DNA of 64,000 bases from Mobula hypostoma (GCF_963921235.1 NC_086107.1:107324001-107388000); one strand, 5' to 3'. Shown: positions 12,490 to 25,937, numbered from the stretch's first letter. Translations and numbers: made by a program. Notes: a model not told the origin generated them from the letters alone.

Positions 12490-13694
12490 TAGTTGTTTAC
12501 TGATTCTATTGTGTTTCTATGTATCTTCTGTGAATGCCCACAAGAAAAGAATCTCAATATGGTGACATCTACATGTACTGCGATAATAAAATTATTTTGA
12601 ACTTTGTACTCTGGAAATCTAGAGACTAAGATCTCTGAAGAAAATCAAATTAGTTTCTCCAGAAAAACGCAGTGAGAAAAGAATATAACTACAGGAGCTC
12701 AGTAAAATTCCATCGAGTTCACTGTTGTCCTCGGGGAAGCAAAGATCAAAGTAAATTTATTATCAAAGTACCATATATGTCACATATACAGTACCGTGCA
12801 GAAGTCCTAGGCATACATATATACAGCTAGCGTGCCTCAGACCTATGCATAGTACCATATTTGTCAACATGGAGCAGAGAGCAAGTTTGTAAATCTAGCG
12901 GGAGCAAAGAATGTTTGCAATGGCGAGGGTGGAGCGCCAAGGAAGGGGTGTGGGACAGGTGGCAGGGAAGGAGTGCCAGGGTTGAGGGTGGCATGGATGC
13001 ACACACACTCAGCCCTGAGACACAGGGCAAACAGCTGGTTTATTGATCATTACAGAATGTCTCTCTGGTGCTTCCTGCTCCCTTCCCCTTTTCCCAACCA
13101 TGATTCCCCTCTCCCTGCCCCCTTCCCACTCTCAGTCCACAATAGAGACCCAGATCAGAAGCTGATTTATCATCACTCACATATGTCATGAAGGTTGTTT
13201 TTTTTTTGTGGCAGCAGTACAGTGCAATACATAAAATTACTACAGTACTGTGCAACACTAAGATTTGCTTTCTCGTGGACTTGCTCTGTAAGTCCAAGAA
13301 CCGCAGCAGAATCAATGAAAAACTGCACAACAGGGCAGACAACAGCTAATGAGCAAAAGATAACACACTCTGCAAATATGAAAGAGAAAATAATAATAAT
13401 AATAATAATAATAAGCAAGAAATATTTAGAACATGAGAGGAAGAGTCCTTGAAAGTGACTCCATAGGTTTTGGGAATAATTCAGCAATGGGGCAAGTGAA
13501 GCTGAGTGAAGTTATCCCCACTGGTTCAAAAGCCTGATGGTTGAGGGGTGATAACTGTTCCTGAACCTGGTGTGGTGAGTCCTGAGGCTCCTGTACCTTC
13601 TTCCTGATGGCTGCAGTGAGAAGAGAGCATGTCCTGGGTGGTGGGGGCTTCCTGAATTTTGTTGCTGCTTTCCTGCAACAGAGCTCCATATACA

Positions 13695-14373
13695 TTAGGT
13701 TAGATTATGAGGACACGCAGTCCTCTTTTGTTGTCATTTAGTAATGCATGCATTAAGAAATGATACAATATTCCTCCAGTGTGATATCACAGAAACACAA
13801 GACAAACCAAGACTGAAAAACTGACAAAAACCACATAATTATAACAGATAATTGCAACAGTGCAAGCAATAACGTAATTTGATGAAGAACAGACCATGGG
13901 CACGGTAAAAAAAAGTCTCAAAGTCTCTTGAAAGTCCCATCATCTCACGCAGACGGTAGAAGGAAAAAAACTCTCCCTGTCGTGAGCTTCCAGCGCCACA
14001 AACTTGCCGATGCAGCATCCTGGAAGCACCCGACCACAGTCCGACTCTGAGTCCGTCCGAAAACTTCGAGTCTCCGACCAGCCCTCCGATACCGAGCACC
14101 GAGCACCATCTCTGCCGAGCGCTTTGACCCCAGCCCTGGCCGCCAGCAGCAGGCAAAGCCGAGGATTTGGGGCCTTCCCCTCCGGAGATTCTCGATCGCA
14201 CAGCAGCAGCGGCAGCGAACCGGGCATTTCAGAAGTTACTGCAGATGTTCCTCCATGCTTCTCACGTCCGTCTCCATCAAATCAGGATTGTGCACGGCCC
14301 CTATTTAACAAATATGATATCATTCACCGGAGAGGCTGCGCACGCTGCGTCGTGTCACCATCTTCTCCTCCCT
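13695..14373 (-). mobile_element. Non-autonomous LINE-related element, copy 1 (AAGATGG head, TCTAA-repeat tail)
   Basis: High similarity to 36332-36989 and 40035-40409; minus strand starts GGAGGAGAAGATGG and ends in (TCTAA)n. Confidence 0.8.
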
Positions 14374-17167
14374 CCTCAATGGTGCTCAATGGTGGGGAGA
14401 GCTTTACCCGTGATCGACTGGGGAGTATCCACTACTTTTTGTAGGATTTTCCATTCAAGGGCATTAATGTTTCCACATCAGGCTGTGATGCAACAAGTCA
14501 GTATACTCTCCACCACACATCTGTAGAGGTTTGTCAAAGTTTTCGATGTCATACCGAATCTTTGCAAAATTCTAAGGAAGCAGAGGCATTGCTGTGCCCT
14601 CTTCATAATGACACTTACCTGCTGGGCCTGACAGCTCCTCTGAAATGATAACACTCGAGGAATTTATAGTTGCTGACCTTCTCCCCAGGATGAGGTCTGG
14701 CTCATGGACCTCTGGTTTTCTCCTCCTGTAGTCAATAATCAGCTCCTTGGTCTTGCTGACATTGAGTGAGAGGTTGCTGTGGCACCACTCAGCCCCATTT
14801 TCAATCTCCCTCCTACGTGCTGATTTTCATTACCTTTGATTCGACCAGCGACAGTGGTGCTATCAGCAAGTCTTCAATAAGTGAGTAGAGCCGGGGGGCT
14901 AAGCACGCAGCCTTGTGGTGCACCTGCACTGATGGAGATTGTGGAGGAGGTGTTGTTGTCAATACGAACTGACTGGGGTCTGCTAGTGAGGAAATCGAGG
15001 ATCCAATTGCACAAGGAGGTATTGAGGCCAAGATGTTGAAGCTTACGGCTTAAGAAAATCAACCATTCGTATTGGTTTTGATCCATACATGACCCCAGAA
15101 CAATATGAAGGGTAGTTATACATGGATGTCACAGTACACTGGCGTAGCGGTTAGGGTAATGCTTTACAGTGCCCTCAATCCAGTTCCGTATAAGGAGCTT
15201 GCCCAGTCTCCTGTTGTCCACGTGGGTTTCCTCCCAGGCGTCTCTGTTTTCCTCCCACATTCAACAGACATACATGTTAAGAGTTATGGGCATGCTACGT
15301 TGGCGCCAGAAGCACAGCAGCTTGCGGGCTGCTCCCCCTGCCCCGAAGCATCCTCGGAGTGTGTTGGCCATTGACACAAAATGATGCATTTCACTTTATG
15401 TTTCGACGTACATGTGACAAATAAAACTAATCTCGAAGGCTTAACCTTAAAGTATACACAGATCCATAACACGAGTTCCATTCACTCGGTGTTGTCACCA
15501 GGTTTGATTGACGGGGGGGGGGACACAAAAGACTGCAGACGCTGAAATCTGGAACAGTGCACAAAACCCCGGAGGAACTCGGAGTTGACGTGCGTTTTGA
15601 TTGATAGAGTAATTAGCCAATGATCTCTGCTTGTCCACAGGAGGTGGGAACAGCTGCCGAACCCCAGCATTATAGTCTATCAACGGCAACACACACAAAA
15701 TGCTGGAGGAACCCAGCAGGCCAGGCAGCATCTGTGGACAAGAGTATAGTCGATGTTTCGGCCCAAGGCCCTTCAGCAGAGCTGAAGGGGAAGGGAAGAA
15801 GTCAGAGTATGAGGGTGGGGGGAGGGGAGGAAGAAGTACGAGTTGGCAGGTGGTAGGTCAAACCGGGAGTGGGGAGAGCTGGGAAGTTGATTGGAGGAGG
15901 AGATAAAGGGCTGGAGAAGGGGGGATCTAACAGGACAGGACAGAAGTCCATGGAAGAAGAAGAGGAAGGGAAAGGAGCACCAGAGGGACGCGATGAGCAG
16001 GTGAGGAGAAGGAAAGGAGTAAGACGGGAGCCAGAATGGCGAATTGAAAAAGGGAGAAGGGAGAGGGGGGAGAAGTTAGATAAATCGATGTTCATGCTAT
16101 CAGGTGGGAGGCGACCCAGACGGAATATAAGCTGTTGCTCCTCCAACCTCATAGTCCAGCCTGATAACACCTGCAGCACTATTGGTCACTAGGCCTGATT
16201 GACAGGGGAATCAGCCAAAGACCTTTGGGGTTGGGGGTGTCACTGAATATCCACAGTATTTTAGTCCAACATCATTGCTCCTGAACTGAAGGGTTTTCAG
16301 TGGGCAGCTAAAAATATACCATGTCACCGCAGGTCTGGAGTCACTTGTAGGCCCTGAGCTGAATGGCTACTAGGGGTAGGCATGGCAGATTATCCTCCTT
16401 GGGCCACATTAAGAAACAAGATGGAAAAGGTAGTTTAAATGGTTTGGCACAGACTAGATGGGCTGAAGGGCCTGTTTCTGTGCTGTACTTTTCTATGACT
16501 ATGACTCTATTATCTTTCAGCCTTTTCCACTGAGGTGGGGTAAGTCTACATCCAGACATCATGGCTTAAGGGTGAAAAGTACGATGTTTAAGGGGAGCAT
16601 GAGGGCAAACCTCTTCGCTCAGAGGGTGGTGCGTGTGTGGATGTGGGTTCGATTTGATTTGATTCTATTGATTTATTTACTTATTGCGATACAGCGCGGG
16701 ATTGGTCCTTCCGATCCTTTGATCCGCGCTGCCCAGCAATCCCCAATTTAACCCCAGCCTAATCACAAGACAATTTACAATGACCAATTAACCTACCAAC
16801 TGGTAGATCTTTGGACTGTGGGAGGAAACCGGAGCACCCGGAGGGAACCCATGCAGTCATGGGGGGGACATATGACCTCCTTACAGGCAGTGGCGGGAAT
16901 TGAACCCTGGGTCGCTGGTACTGTAAAGTCTTGTGCTGACCACTACACTAACTTGGCCACCCGTTCCAACATTTCAACAAATGATTCCAACATTTACGAG
17001 GAGTTTGGATAGGTACATGGATGGGAGGGGTATGCAGGGCTATGATCCAGGTGCCAGCCAATGGGACTAGGCAGAATAATAGTTCAGCATGAACTAGATG
17101 GGCCGAAGGGTCTGCTCTTGTGCTCAAGTTCAAAGTTCAAAGTAATTTTTATTATCAGATTCCATAC

Positions 17168-17712
17168 GTTGAGGTCTCCGTTGGTCAAGGTCAACTATGG
17201 ATGTTGCTTCCTAGCTGTGTAGATATGCAAGCCTGGGCAGTACAATATGGAGAGCAAGCTGTTGCCTGTGTAGTAAGCTCCCCCTCTCCATGCGTCTGAT
17301 GAACCCAAAGAAATGACAGAGACTGATACAGTTTGGCACCAGCAGCGTTGCAAGAGTTGTCAGTTGTATTGAACTCAGCGTAGGACGACCTTGGGGACTG
17401 CAGCTCCGGAATTTTCCCACAAGGTTTACCTCCCGAAGCCTTCCCCATGAGTGGGTATAGCCACAAGGCGGCAGAGGTTTGAGATCAGAGTTTTACTTCT
17501 CCTAACCAACCACGGCTGAAAAGCCCCATCTGCCCAAAGCGACTGGTTTTAAAACAACAGTAGCCCGCCTTTGCCCCTTCTCCTGTCAGTAGAAACGGTT
17601 CCGCCGGGCTTAGTAGCTAGGTCACACGTGAAGGCCAGGAGCTGGACTTGGTTGTCAGAGGCTATTTGAGGCGCATTCCATTGGGAACATTTAATAGGTA
17701 GTGGGGGCTTTA
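17168..17712 (-). mobile_element. RTE-related non-autonomous element
   Basis: Colinear with 61243-61765 (+) and a split copy at 23905-24070 / 24590-24670; carries the AGAAG-AAAACTCTGA-TCAAACCTC motif recalled from RTE 5' regions. Confidence 0.65.
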
Positions 17713-18669
17713 AAAGGATCAATGAAAGATCGACTAGAGCATAGAAGACAACAATCTGTGCAAATGAAAATATAAATAAATATCAATAAATAACGTGAAC
17801 ATGAAGAGTCTTTAAATTGGGATCATTGGTTTTGGGAACATCTCAGTAGATGGGTGTAGTTATCCCCTATTAGTAAATGGTGTTCTGTGGCTCTGGTCTG
17901 ATGATTCTCTGGTCACTGTTTGTAAGGTTAGCTTTTCACATCCAGATTTAATTTCTAGAATTAAAGTTTACTAGCTTCCAATGCTGGGATTCAAACACAC
18001 ATCTGGATCAATATCCAAACTCCACACACCAGTAATCACTCCATCATCAAGGCCCATGGTTTTCAAAGTAATTTCCAAGTCTGTGTGTCTCTCCTTCCCT
18101 GCCCGGACGTCAGAGTATCAGCATTGCAAACGACTGCATTAGCAGCTCGCAAAGAAGCAGGGGAAACCAATCAATATCTTTCCGACTTGCAGAGGTGAGA
18201 CTGTGGCTCACATCGCAATCAGTGCCACCTTCTCGTGGCTCGTTAACCCCTCGGAGCGCCGAGGGTGAAGCGGGGCCACTCGCACAGCCTGTCTGTCTTT
18301 AACCCCCTCAGCCTGCTGCCTGTTCTAAAGGCACCTTCTCCCCTGGACCTCCGCAGACTGGGCAGCTCGCTAGCGGCAGGCAGATGTCCCTTCTAGGCCA
18401 CGGGCGTAACTGAACCTCGGAAAGGGAGGACCCTTCCCTGTGTTTACCCTTGACCCAGGACCACTCCCAAGTATTGGGAGGGTGGGGGAGTGGAGGTATA
18501 GGTCAAACGAGAAAGTGGGGTTGGCACAGACCTACTGACAGGTAAGTGGTAAGGAATGCCCAAGGAGAAAGTTTTTCGGGCTGTTTAAAAGAAATGAGAG
18601 TTTGCCCCAGAATTTCAGTGCACCCAAGTAGTTGTTTTAGAGAGTGGGTACAAGTAGTCAAGACACGTT

Positions 18670-19312
18670 GTTATAGAGTCATAGAAAAATACAGCACAGA
18701 AACTCACCCTTTGGCTCATCTTGCCCGTGTCGAACCATTTAAACTGCCTACTTCTATTGACTTGCACCGGGACCGTAGCCCTCTGTACCCCTGCCATCCA
18801 TGTACCTATCCAAACTTCCCCGAAGTGTTGAAATCGAGGTCGCATGCACCACTTGTGCTGGCAGCTCATTCCACACTCTCACCATCCCCAAGTGAAGAAG
18901 CCTCCTTCATGTTCCCCTTAAACTTCTCACCTTTCACCCTTAACCCATGACCTCTAGTTGTAATCCCATCCAACCTCAGTGGAAAAAGCCTGCTTCCATT
19001 TCCCTATCTATACTCCTCATAATTTTGTATATCTCTATCAAATCTCCCTTCAATCTTCTACGCTCAAAGGAATAAAGTCCTAACCGATTCAATCTTTCCT
19101 TAAAACTCAGGTCCTCCAGCCCCAGCAATGTTCTCTGTACTCTTTCAACCTTATTTACATCTTTCCTGCAGGTGGGTGACCAGAACTGCACACAATCCTC
19201 CAAATTAGGCCTTGCCAATGTCTTGTACAATTTCAACATAACATCCCATCTCTTGTACTCAATACTTTGATTTATGAAGGCCAATGTGGCAAAAGCTTTC
19301 TTTATGACCCTG
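18670..19312 (-). mobile_element. CR1 LINE 3' fragment
   Basis: ORF 18976-19284 (LKLYKTLARPNLEDCVQFWSP...ERRRLKGDLIEIYKIM) is CR1 ORF2 C-terminus; similar fragments near 11380, 21000, 29990, 42200 and 63000. Confidence 0.88.
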
Positions 19313-19564
19313 TATTAGTGAAAGGGGACTGTACTTTCCTATCCTGAAATATCCTGGATCGCGAATGGTCTTGGGGGTGATGGAGTGAGATGATGATTGG
19401 GTTAATACTGGACTCAGGACTCTGGAAATGTGGAGAGGCTGGAAGCATTGTGGATCGTGGAATTCAGGCGATCAGAGTGAAAAGTCTGGAATCTGGTTGC
19501 CTCTGGGGATCAGTGGAGCCGTGGTTTGGGCCTCAAGGGAGCAAAAGTGAGATCAGAGAGTAGG

Positions 19565-19780
19565 CAACACACATCAAAGTTGCTGGTGAACGCAGCAGGC
19601 CAGGCAGCATCTCTAAGAAGAGGTACAGTCGACGTTTCAGGCCGAGACCCTTCGTCAGGACTCGGCCTGAAATGTCGACTGTACCTCTTCCTAGAGATGC
19701 TGCCTGGCCTGCTGCATTCACCAGCAACTTTGATGTGTGTTGCTTGAATTTCCAGCATCTGCAGATTTCTGGTTGTTTGC
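19565..19780. mobile_element. Fold-back Penelope-derived mini-element with 13-bp TSD
   Basis: Inverted arms of ~80 bp around a hammerhead motif plus a ~37-nt unpaired tail; TSD ATCAGAGAGTAGG at 19552-19564 and 19781-19793. Confidence 0.88.
19627..19662 (-). ncRNA. Minimal type I hammerhead ribozyme motif (Penelope-associated)
   Basis: Minus strand AGTC CTGACGA A GGGTCTCGGCCT GAAACGTC GACT: CUGANGA and GAAA cores, stem II, ACGU palindrome replacing stem III, GUC cleavage triplet, stem I AGTC/GACT. Confidence 0.75.
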
Positions 19781-21240
19781 ATCAGAGAGTAGGGGATGGT
19801 TGTGAAAATATTGCTGTCACGTTGGTGGGGATGGAGAGAGGTAGATTATCGGAATGGGACATCCCATTTTGGGGGACCCAAACTAGTGCCTGGATCAATT
19901 TGGTTCAACGTTCCTCATGTCTTCAGCTGTCTCTCAGGACCAAGAATGGCTTGCTTCCAAAGTCAAAGTCAAGTCTATTATCATACATTTGCTCTGCTCT
20001 GCTTTGCACTGAAACTGAGGCCACGGCCTGCTCCGGGCTTCGTGTCTGTGGGCTCTGTAATATTTACTCTGCTATGCGCTATACAGAGGCCGAGGCCGTG
20101 GCTATGCTCCGGCTGTGCTGGGCTTCGTGTCTATGGATTGCTTTCATTCTGAATGCGATTCAGAATGTACCTTCCTTAATCGCAGGATTCTGCAGAGAAT
20201 GGTGGGGACAGCCCAGCACATCTGTAATTGTGAACTTCCCATGATTCGGGACACTTGCAAAGACAGGTATGTAAAGAGGGCCTGAAGGATCACTGGGACC
20301 CGAGTCACCCCAATCACAATCTATTCCAGCTGCTACCATCCAGGAAACGGTACCGCAGCATAAAAGCCAGGACCCATGGGCTCCGGGACAGCTTCTTCCA
20401 CCAGGCCATCAGACTGATTAACTCACACTGATTTGAGTGTATTTCTATGTTACATTGACTGTTCTATTTATTATAAATCACTATGAATGCACATTGTACA
20501 TTTAGACGGAGACGTAACGTAAAGATTTTTACTCCTCATGGATGTAAGAAATAAAGTCAATTCAATTCAATTCAGTTCAATTCAATTTGTTTACTATTAC
20601 TGTTTGCATGATTTGGTTGTTTTTTCTCTGCACATTGGGTGTTAGTCGGTCTTCTTTTTGTTCATGGGTTCTTCTGGGTTTCCTGTTTCATGGCTGCCTG
20701 TAGGGAGATGAATCTCGAGGTTGTGTACTGTATACAGAACTTTGAACAAGCATGTGCATGCCACATTAGTTAGTTTAGTTAAGCCCATCACCCCTGCAGG
20801 GCACAGGAAACTGACAGCAGCTTGTCAGAGTCCACGAGTGTAAAGGTGTAATGAGAAACCTACTTGCAGTATCACCACAGGCACACGGCATCAGATGTAC
20901 ACCATTCAGAAGAAAAGCATAAATTATACAAGAAAGAACACAACTAGGACCAAAAAAAAAACATTGTGGTATAGCACTGAAATAGCGTTTAACTCTTTTT
21001 CACACAGGGAGTGGTGGGTGTGTGAATTGCACTGCCAGCGGCGGTGGTGGAAGCGGATACATTAGGGTCCTTTAGAGCCTCTTAGATATGTACATGGAGC
21101 TTAGAAAAATAGAGGGCTATGCGCTAGGGAAATTCTAGGCAGTTTCTAGAGTAGGTTACATGGTCGGCACAACATTGTGGGCCGAAGGGCCTGTAATGTG
21201 CTGTAGGTTTCTATGTTCTATGTCCTGTGTAAGTTTGGGC

Positions 21241-21766
21241 TAGGGTTGCCAACTGTCCCATATTAGCCAGGACACCCCGTATATTGGGCTAAACTGGTTT
21301 GTCCCATACAGGACCGCCCTTGTCCCGTATTCCCCCCTGCTAAGGTAGAGCGTTCCTATGAAACCGTTTGTAAGCCAAAATGGTGTAAAGCGAAGAAGCA
21401 ATTACCATTAATTTATATGGGAAAAATTTCTGAGCATTCCAGACCCAAAAAATAACCTAGCAAATCATACTAAATAGCACATAAAACCTAACATAACACT
21501 AACATATAAAGCAGGAATGATATGATAAATACACAGCCTATATAAAGTAGAAATAATGTATGTACAGTGTAGTTTCGCTTACCAGAATCAGGAAGATTAA
21601 GCCAAAACCAATTTGTAGAAAAAAAATTGGCACGTACTCACATGCGCACACAGGTGCCCGCGTAAGGCTTCATGGTCATAGTAGTCCTTCTGGGGTAAAC
21701 ACAAGTGTCCCGTATTTGACTGCTACTTTTGTCCCTTATTTGGGAGTGAGAAAGTTGGCAACCCTA
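21241..21766. mobile_element. hAT-type MITE
   Basis: TIRs TAGGGTTGCCAACT / AGTTGGCAACCCTA; 8-bp flanks GTTTGGGC / ATTTGGGC (7 of 8 match). Confidence 0.88.
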
Positions 21767-21896
21767 ATTTGGGCCCTATCGCTTTCTGAGGGTTCTGAGG
21801 CCTTTGAGGACTGAATGTCAAAGAAATGGGGTCCAGAGGTTCTGAGCCTGGGACAAAGGACTGGAGGTTGGATTGGAGGCCCGGAAGTGACCTGTC

Positions 21897-21932
<36 letters not shown>

Positions 21933-23089
21933 GAAGGAGGGAAAGTAGAATTACAGTGTGTGAAAATCCATGAGTTCACTGGAGGTTGGAAACAACCTCT
22001 CCTGGGTTTGGAGGACTGTGTCTGTCGGTGGATGGGAGGAAAGGAGGAACAAAACTTGTTTTGCTGTTATTGTTGTTGCTTGTGTTCTATTGTCAATCAA
22101 CATGGTGGGCTTGCCGTATTGGCGTCGGAATGTGCAGCGACACTTGCAGGCAGCCCCAGCACATCCTAAAGTTGTGCTGATTGCTAATTGCAAACATACC
22201 CCACAGTATACCTTGATGTATGTGTGATAAATAAAAAAAATCTGAGGTGACTGATGTCTACAGATAGGACGCGTGATGCATACGTATTGTCACTTCCATG
22301 GGGCACAAACTTGAAGTTCTTAACTCCACCTCAAATGCTTCAGGGTTCCGAAAGAGGTAGCTGAAGAGATTGTAGAGGCATTAATAATGATCATTCAAGA
22401 ATCACTAGATTCTGGAATGGTTCCAGGGGACTGGAAATTGCAAATGTCCCTCTGCTCTTTAAGAAGGGAGGGAAGCTTAAGACCAGGGGTGCAGTGCTAG
22501 CTGGAGCACACCAGAGCGCGTCCGGCACATCTTTAAGAAAAAAGCCGAAATAAACAAGTTAATTAATTAGGTGCCCCAGGGTGATTTGAGTATCTCAGAA
22601 ACTGCTGATCTCCTGGGATTTTTACGCACAACAGACTCTGGAGTTTACAAAGAATGGTGCCAAAAACAGAAAAAGCATCCAGCGAGTGGCTGTTCTGTAA
22701 GCGAAAACATCTTGTTAAATCCACTCGCTGGATGTTTTTCCTCTGGGTGCTTCAGTTTCCTCCCACAATCCAAAGACATACCAGTTAGTAAGTTAATTGG
22801 TCATTGTAAATTGTCCTCTGATTAGGCTAGGGTTAAATCAGGGGTTGTTGGGCGGCATGGCGCAAAGGGCCTGTTCTGCACTGTAGCTCAATAAATAAAT
22901 AAATAGATAGATAAATAAGTGAGTAAATAAGTAGGCAGATAGGTAAATAAGGAATGGCACTGACAGGAGACAACTGGTCTAAGTATTTCAGTACAGGACT
23001 CGTGAGAATGGACTGTTCCTTAGTAACTAGAGATCTGTGACTAACAAGCGGATGATCCTGACATGACAGCAACAATCTTTCAGCACATT

Positions 23090-23629
23090 CACTCAGCGGC
23101 CACCTTATTAGGTACACCTGTACACCTGCTCATCAATGCAAATATCTAATCAGCCAATCATGTAGTGGCAACTCAGTGCACAAAAGCATGCAGGCATGGT
23201 CAAGAGGTTCAGTTGTTGTTCAGATCAAACACCAGAATGGGGGAAGAAATGAGATCGAAGTTACTTTGACAGTGGAATAATTCTTTGTGCCAGATGGGGT
23301 GGATTGAGTATCTCAGAAGCTGCCGATCTCTGGCGATTTTCATGATTTTCAAGAGCTTACAGAGATTGGTGCAAAAACAAAAGAACATCCAGTGAGTGGC
23401 AGCTTTGTGGGCGAAAGTGCCTTGTTAATGAGAGAGGTCAGAGGAGAATGGCCAGACTGGTTCAAGCTGACAGGAAGGTGACAGTAACTCAGATAACCAT
23501 GTGTTACAACAGGGATGTGCAGAAGAGCATCTCTGAATGCACGACACATCGAAACTTTTAATGGACGGGCTACAGCAACAGAAAACCATGGACATACTCT
23601 CGGGAGGTTCCTACAGTTACCACTGAGTG
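23090..23629 (+). mobile_element. Non-autonomous Tc1-like element
   Basis: CACTCAGCGGCC ... CCACTGAGTG|TA termini; same internal transposase N-terminal remnant as 6434-6985. Confidence 0.85.
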
Positions 23630-24074
23630 TATTCCTAAGATATCGGCATGAATGCCAAAAAGGCAAATCACTACCCTCCTGAGCTTCTCGAGCCTCCTTC
23701 GGTGGCAATTCCGAGGAAGCTCTCAGAGGGCAGGTGGGTCAACACAGAAAGACTCTGCTTCACTGTGCCTCAGGTCACTTCACAATCATTGGTATCAGTT
23801 TTTTTTGTAATTGGAGTTGTTTTTTAGATTGGTGCATGAATGTGCAGATAATAGAGAGATGAGGACATTGTATAGACTGAAGGGTTCCTTAAAATTGTTA
23901 TAGCCAGGGGTAATAATGGGGATAAGCTCCCACTACCTATTAAATGCTCCCAATAGTGTGCACCTCAAGTAGCCTCTGACAACCAAGTCCACCTCCTGGC
24001 CTTGGCTACTAAGCCTGGAGGAACTGTTTCTACTGACAGGAGAAGGGGCAAAGGCAGGTTACTGGCTTTCCCAC

Positions 24075-24480
24075 CCCAAACCCCGGTTTGTACGAACGCT
24101 GTGTAATTTGCTACCCCGTTACAACTCAGTGCCAAGAAATAACAGACAGCACACTGCACGTGCTGAAAGGAATTATAAAAAAACAAAAAGGGCCCATTAT
24201 AATTAAACAGTCAAATGTGCACAAGCTGGAGCTCAACTCTTCCAAAAGTCATATTCACCGACCCTCAGTCGACTGCGGCACCCAGCTCCCTCGAATCATG
24301 GTCCCCCACCGGGTCAAATCCCATGACCAGTTCTCTCCAGCGTCTTGCCTCTTCATCTCCCGCCGAACGAAGGACCCAGCTCACATTCCAAAAGCACCTG
24401 TTATCTCTAACCGTAACCCAAACACTGCTTCTACAGAAAGACCGTTATGTTAGCAGTGAAACCTTTCCCAGGGTGTTACA
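24075..24480 (-). mobile_element. Partial solo LTR, same family as 59022-59615
   Basis: Ends in CCCAGGGTGTTACA, the reverse complement of TGTAA-ACCCTGGGAAAGGTTTCACTGCTAA that starts the 59022 copy; internal similarity. Confidence 0.7.
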
Positions 24481-25937
24481 CATAGATTTGCAGAGTGTGC
24501 CCACAAGAAAATGAATCTCAGGGTTGTATATGGTGACATATACTGTATGTACTTTAATGATAAAATTTACTTTGAACTTTGAGCTTGTTCTCCATACCGT
24601 ACTGCCCAGGCTTGCGTATCTGGTCAGCTAAAATGCAACATCCATGGTGGACCCTGACTGACGGAGGCCCCGCTAGAGGCAGAAGGGATTGGTTTAGTGA
24701 GGCGTTTAACCAGTTCAGCACAACATCCTGAGTTGAAGGGCCATACCTATGCTATATATCCTATGTGGGATTAGTGTAAATGAGTGGTTGTCTCTGACAC
24801 GTTTCCATGCTGCGTAACATTGACTCCATAACATCTTCCCTGCCTCATTCCCCCACTCCAGTGGAGAGAGGGAATTCTCCCTGGACAAGGTCAACTACAT
24901 ATCAGCGCATGGTCAGGCAAAAAGGTCGGACCCACTGAATTTGCCTCCCCGGTAGGTTCGGTTCCCAAACACGCCCTTGATCCACGGTCTGTACTTGCTT
25001 GCCCCCAGCTTAACATCCAATCGATCCATCTTCCCGATTACTCCACGTGTTCCCAGGAAGATTTGGTGATTGGCTTACTATTGTTACATGTACCAAGATC
25101 CCGGATACAGTGAAATGCTTGTCTTGCTCGCTCTTCATCCAGATCACAGTGCATTGAGGTAGAACAAGGTAAAGCAGTACCAAAGCAGAATAACGGTGTA
25201 ACAGCTACAGAAAGTGCAGCGCAGGTACACAATGAGATGTAAGATCATAATGAGGTAGATTCTGAGGTCAAGAATCTATCTTATGTACTAGGGAACCATT
25301 CAATAGTCTTATAAGAGTGAAATAGAGACTGTCCTCAAGCCTGGTGGTGCGGGCTTTCAGGCTTTTGTATCTTCAGCTTGATGAGAGAGGGGAGAAGCGA
25401 GAATGTCCGGGTTGGGTGAAGCCTTTGATTATGTTGGCCACTTTACTGAGGCAGCGAGAAGTACAGTTAATAGTCTAGCTGCCTCATAGCTCCAGCGACG
25501 AGGGTTCAAGCCCGACCTCCGGTGCTGTCTTTGCAGAGTTTGCATGCTCTCCCTGTGCGTATACGCTGCCTTCCGGTGGGTCGCGAGGAGAAACAGTGAA
25601 TGCTTCAGGCCGGCTCCGAAGAAGCAACTTTGGACTTTCAACAATGACCCGGTTTCAGAATCGGGTTTGGTATCAGCAGCAGATGTCGTGAAGTTTGTTG
25701 TCTCTGCGGCAGCAGTACAATGCAAGACATAATAATAGAAAAAAAACGTGAATTACAGAAAAAATATATAAAATAGTTTAATTAAATAAGTAGTGCAAAC
25801 ATAGAAATGAAAAGGAGTGAGGTCGTGTTCATGTGTTCACCGTCCATTCAGAAATCAGATGGCAGAGGGGAAGAAGCTGTTCCTGAATCACTGAGTGCGT
25901 TCCTTCAGACTCCTGTATCTCCTTCCTGAGAATAAGG

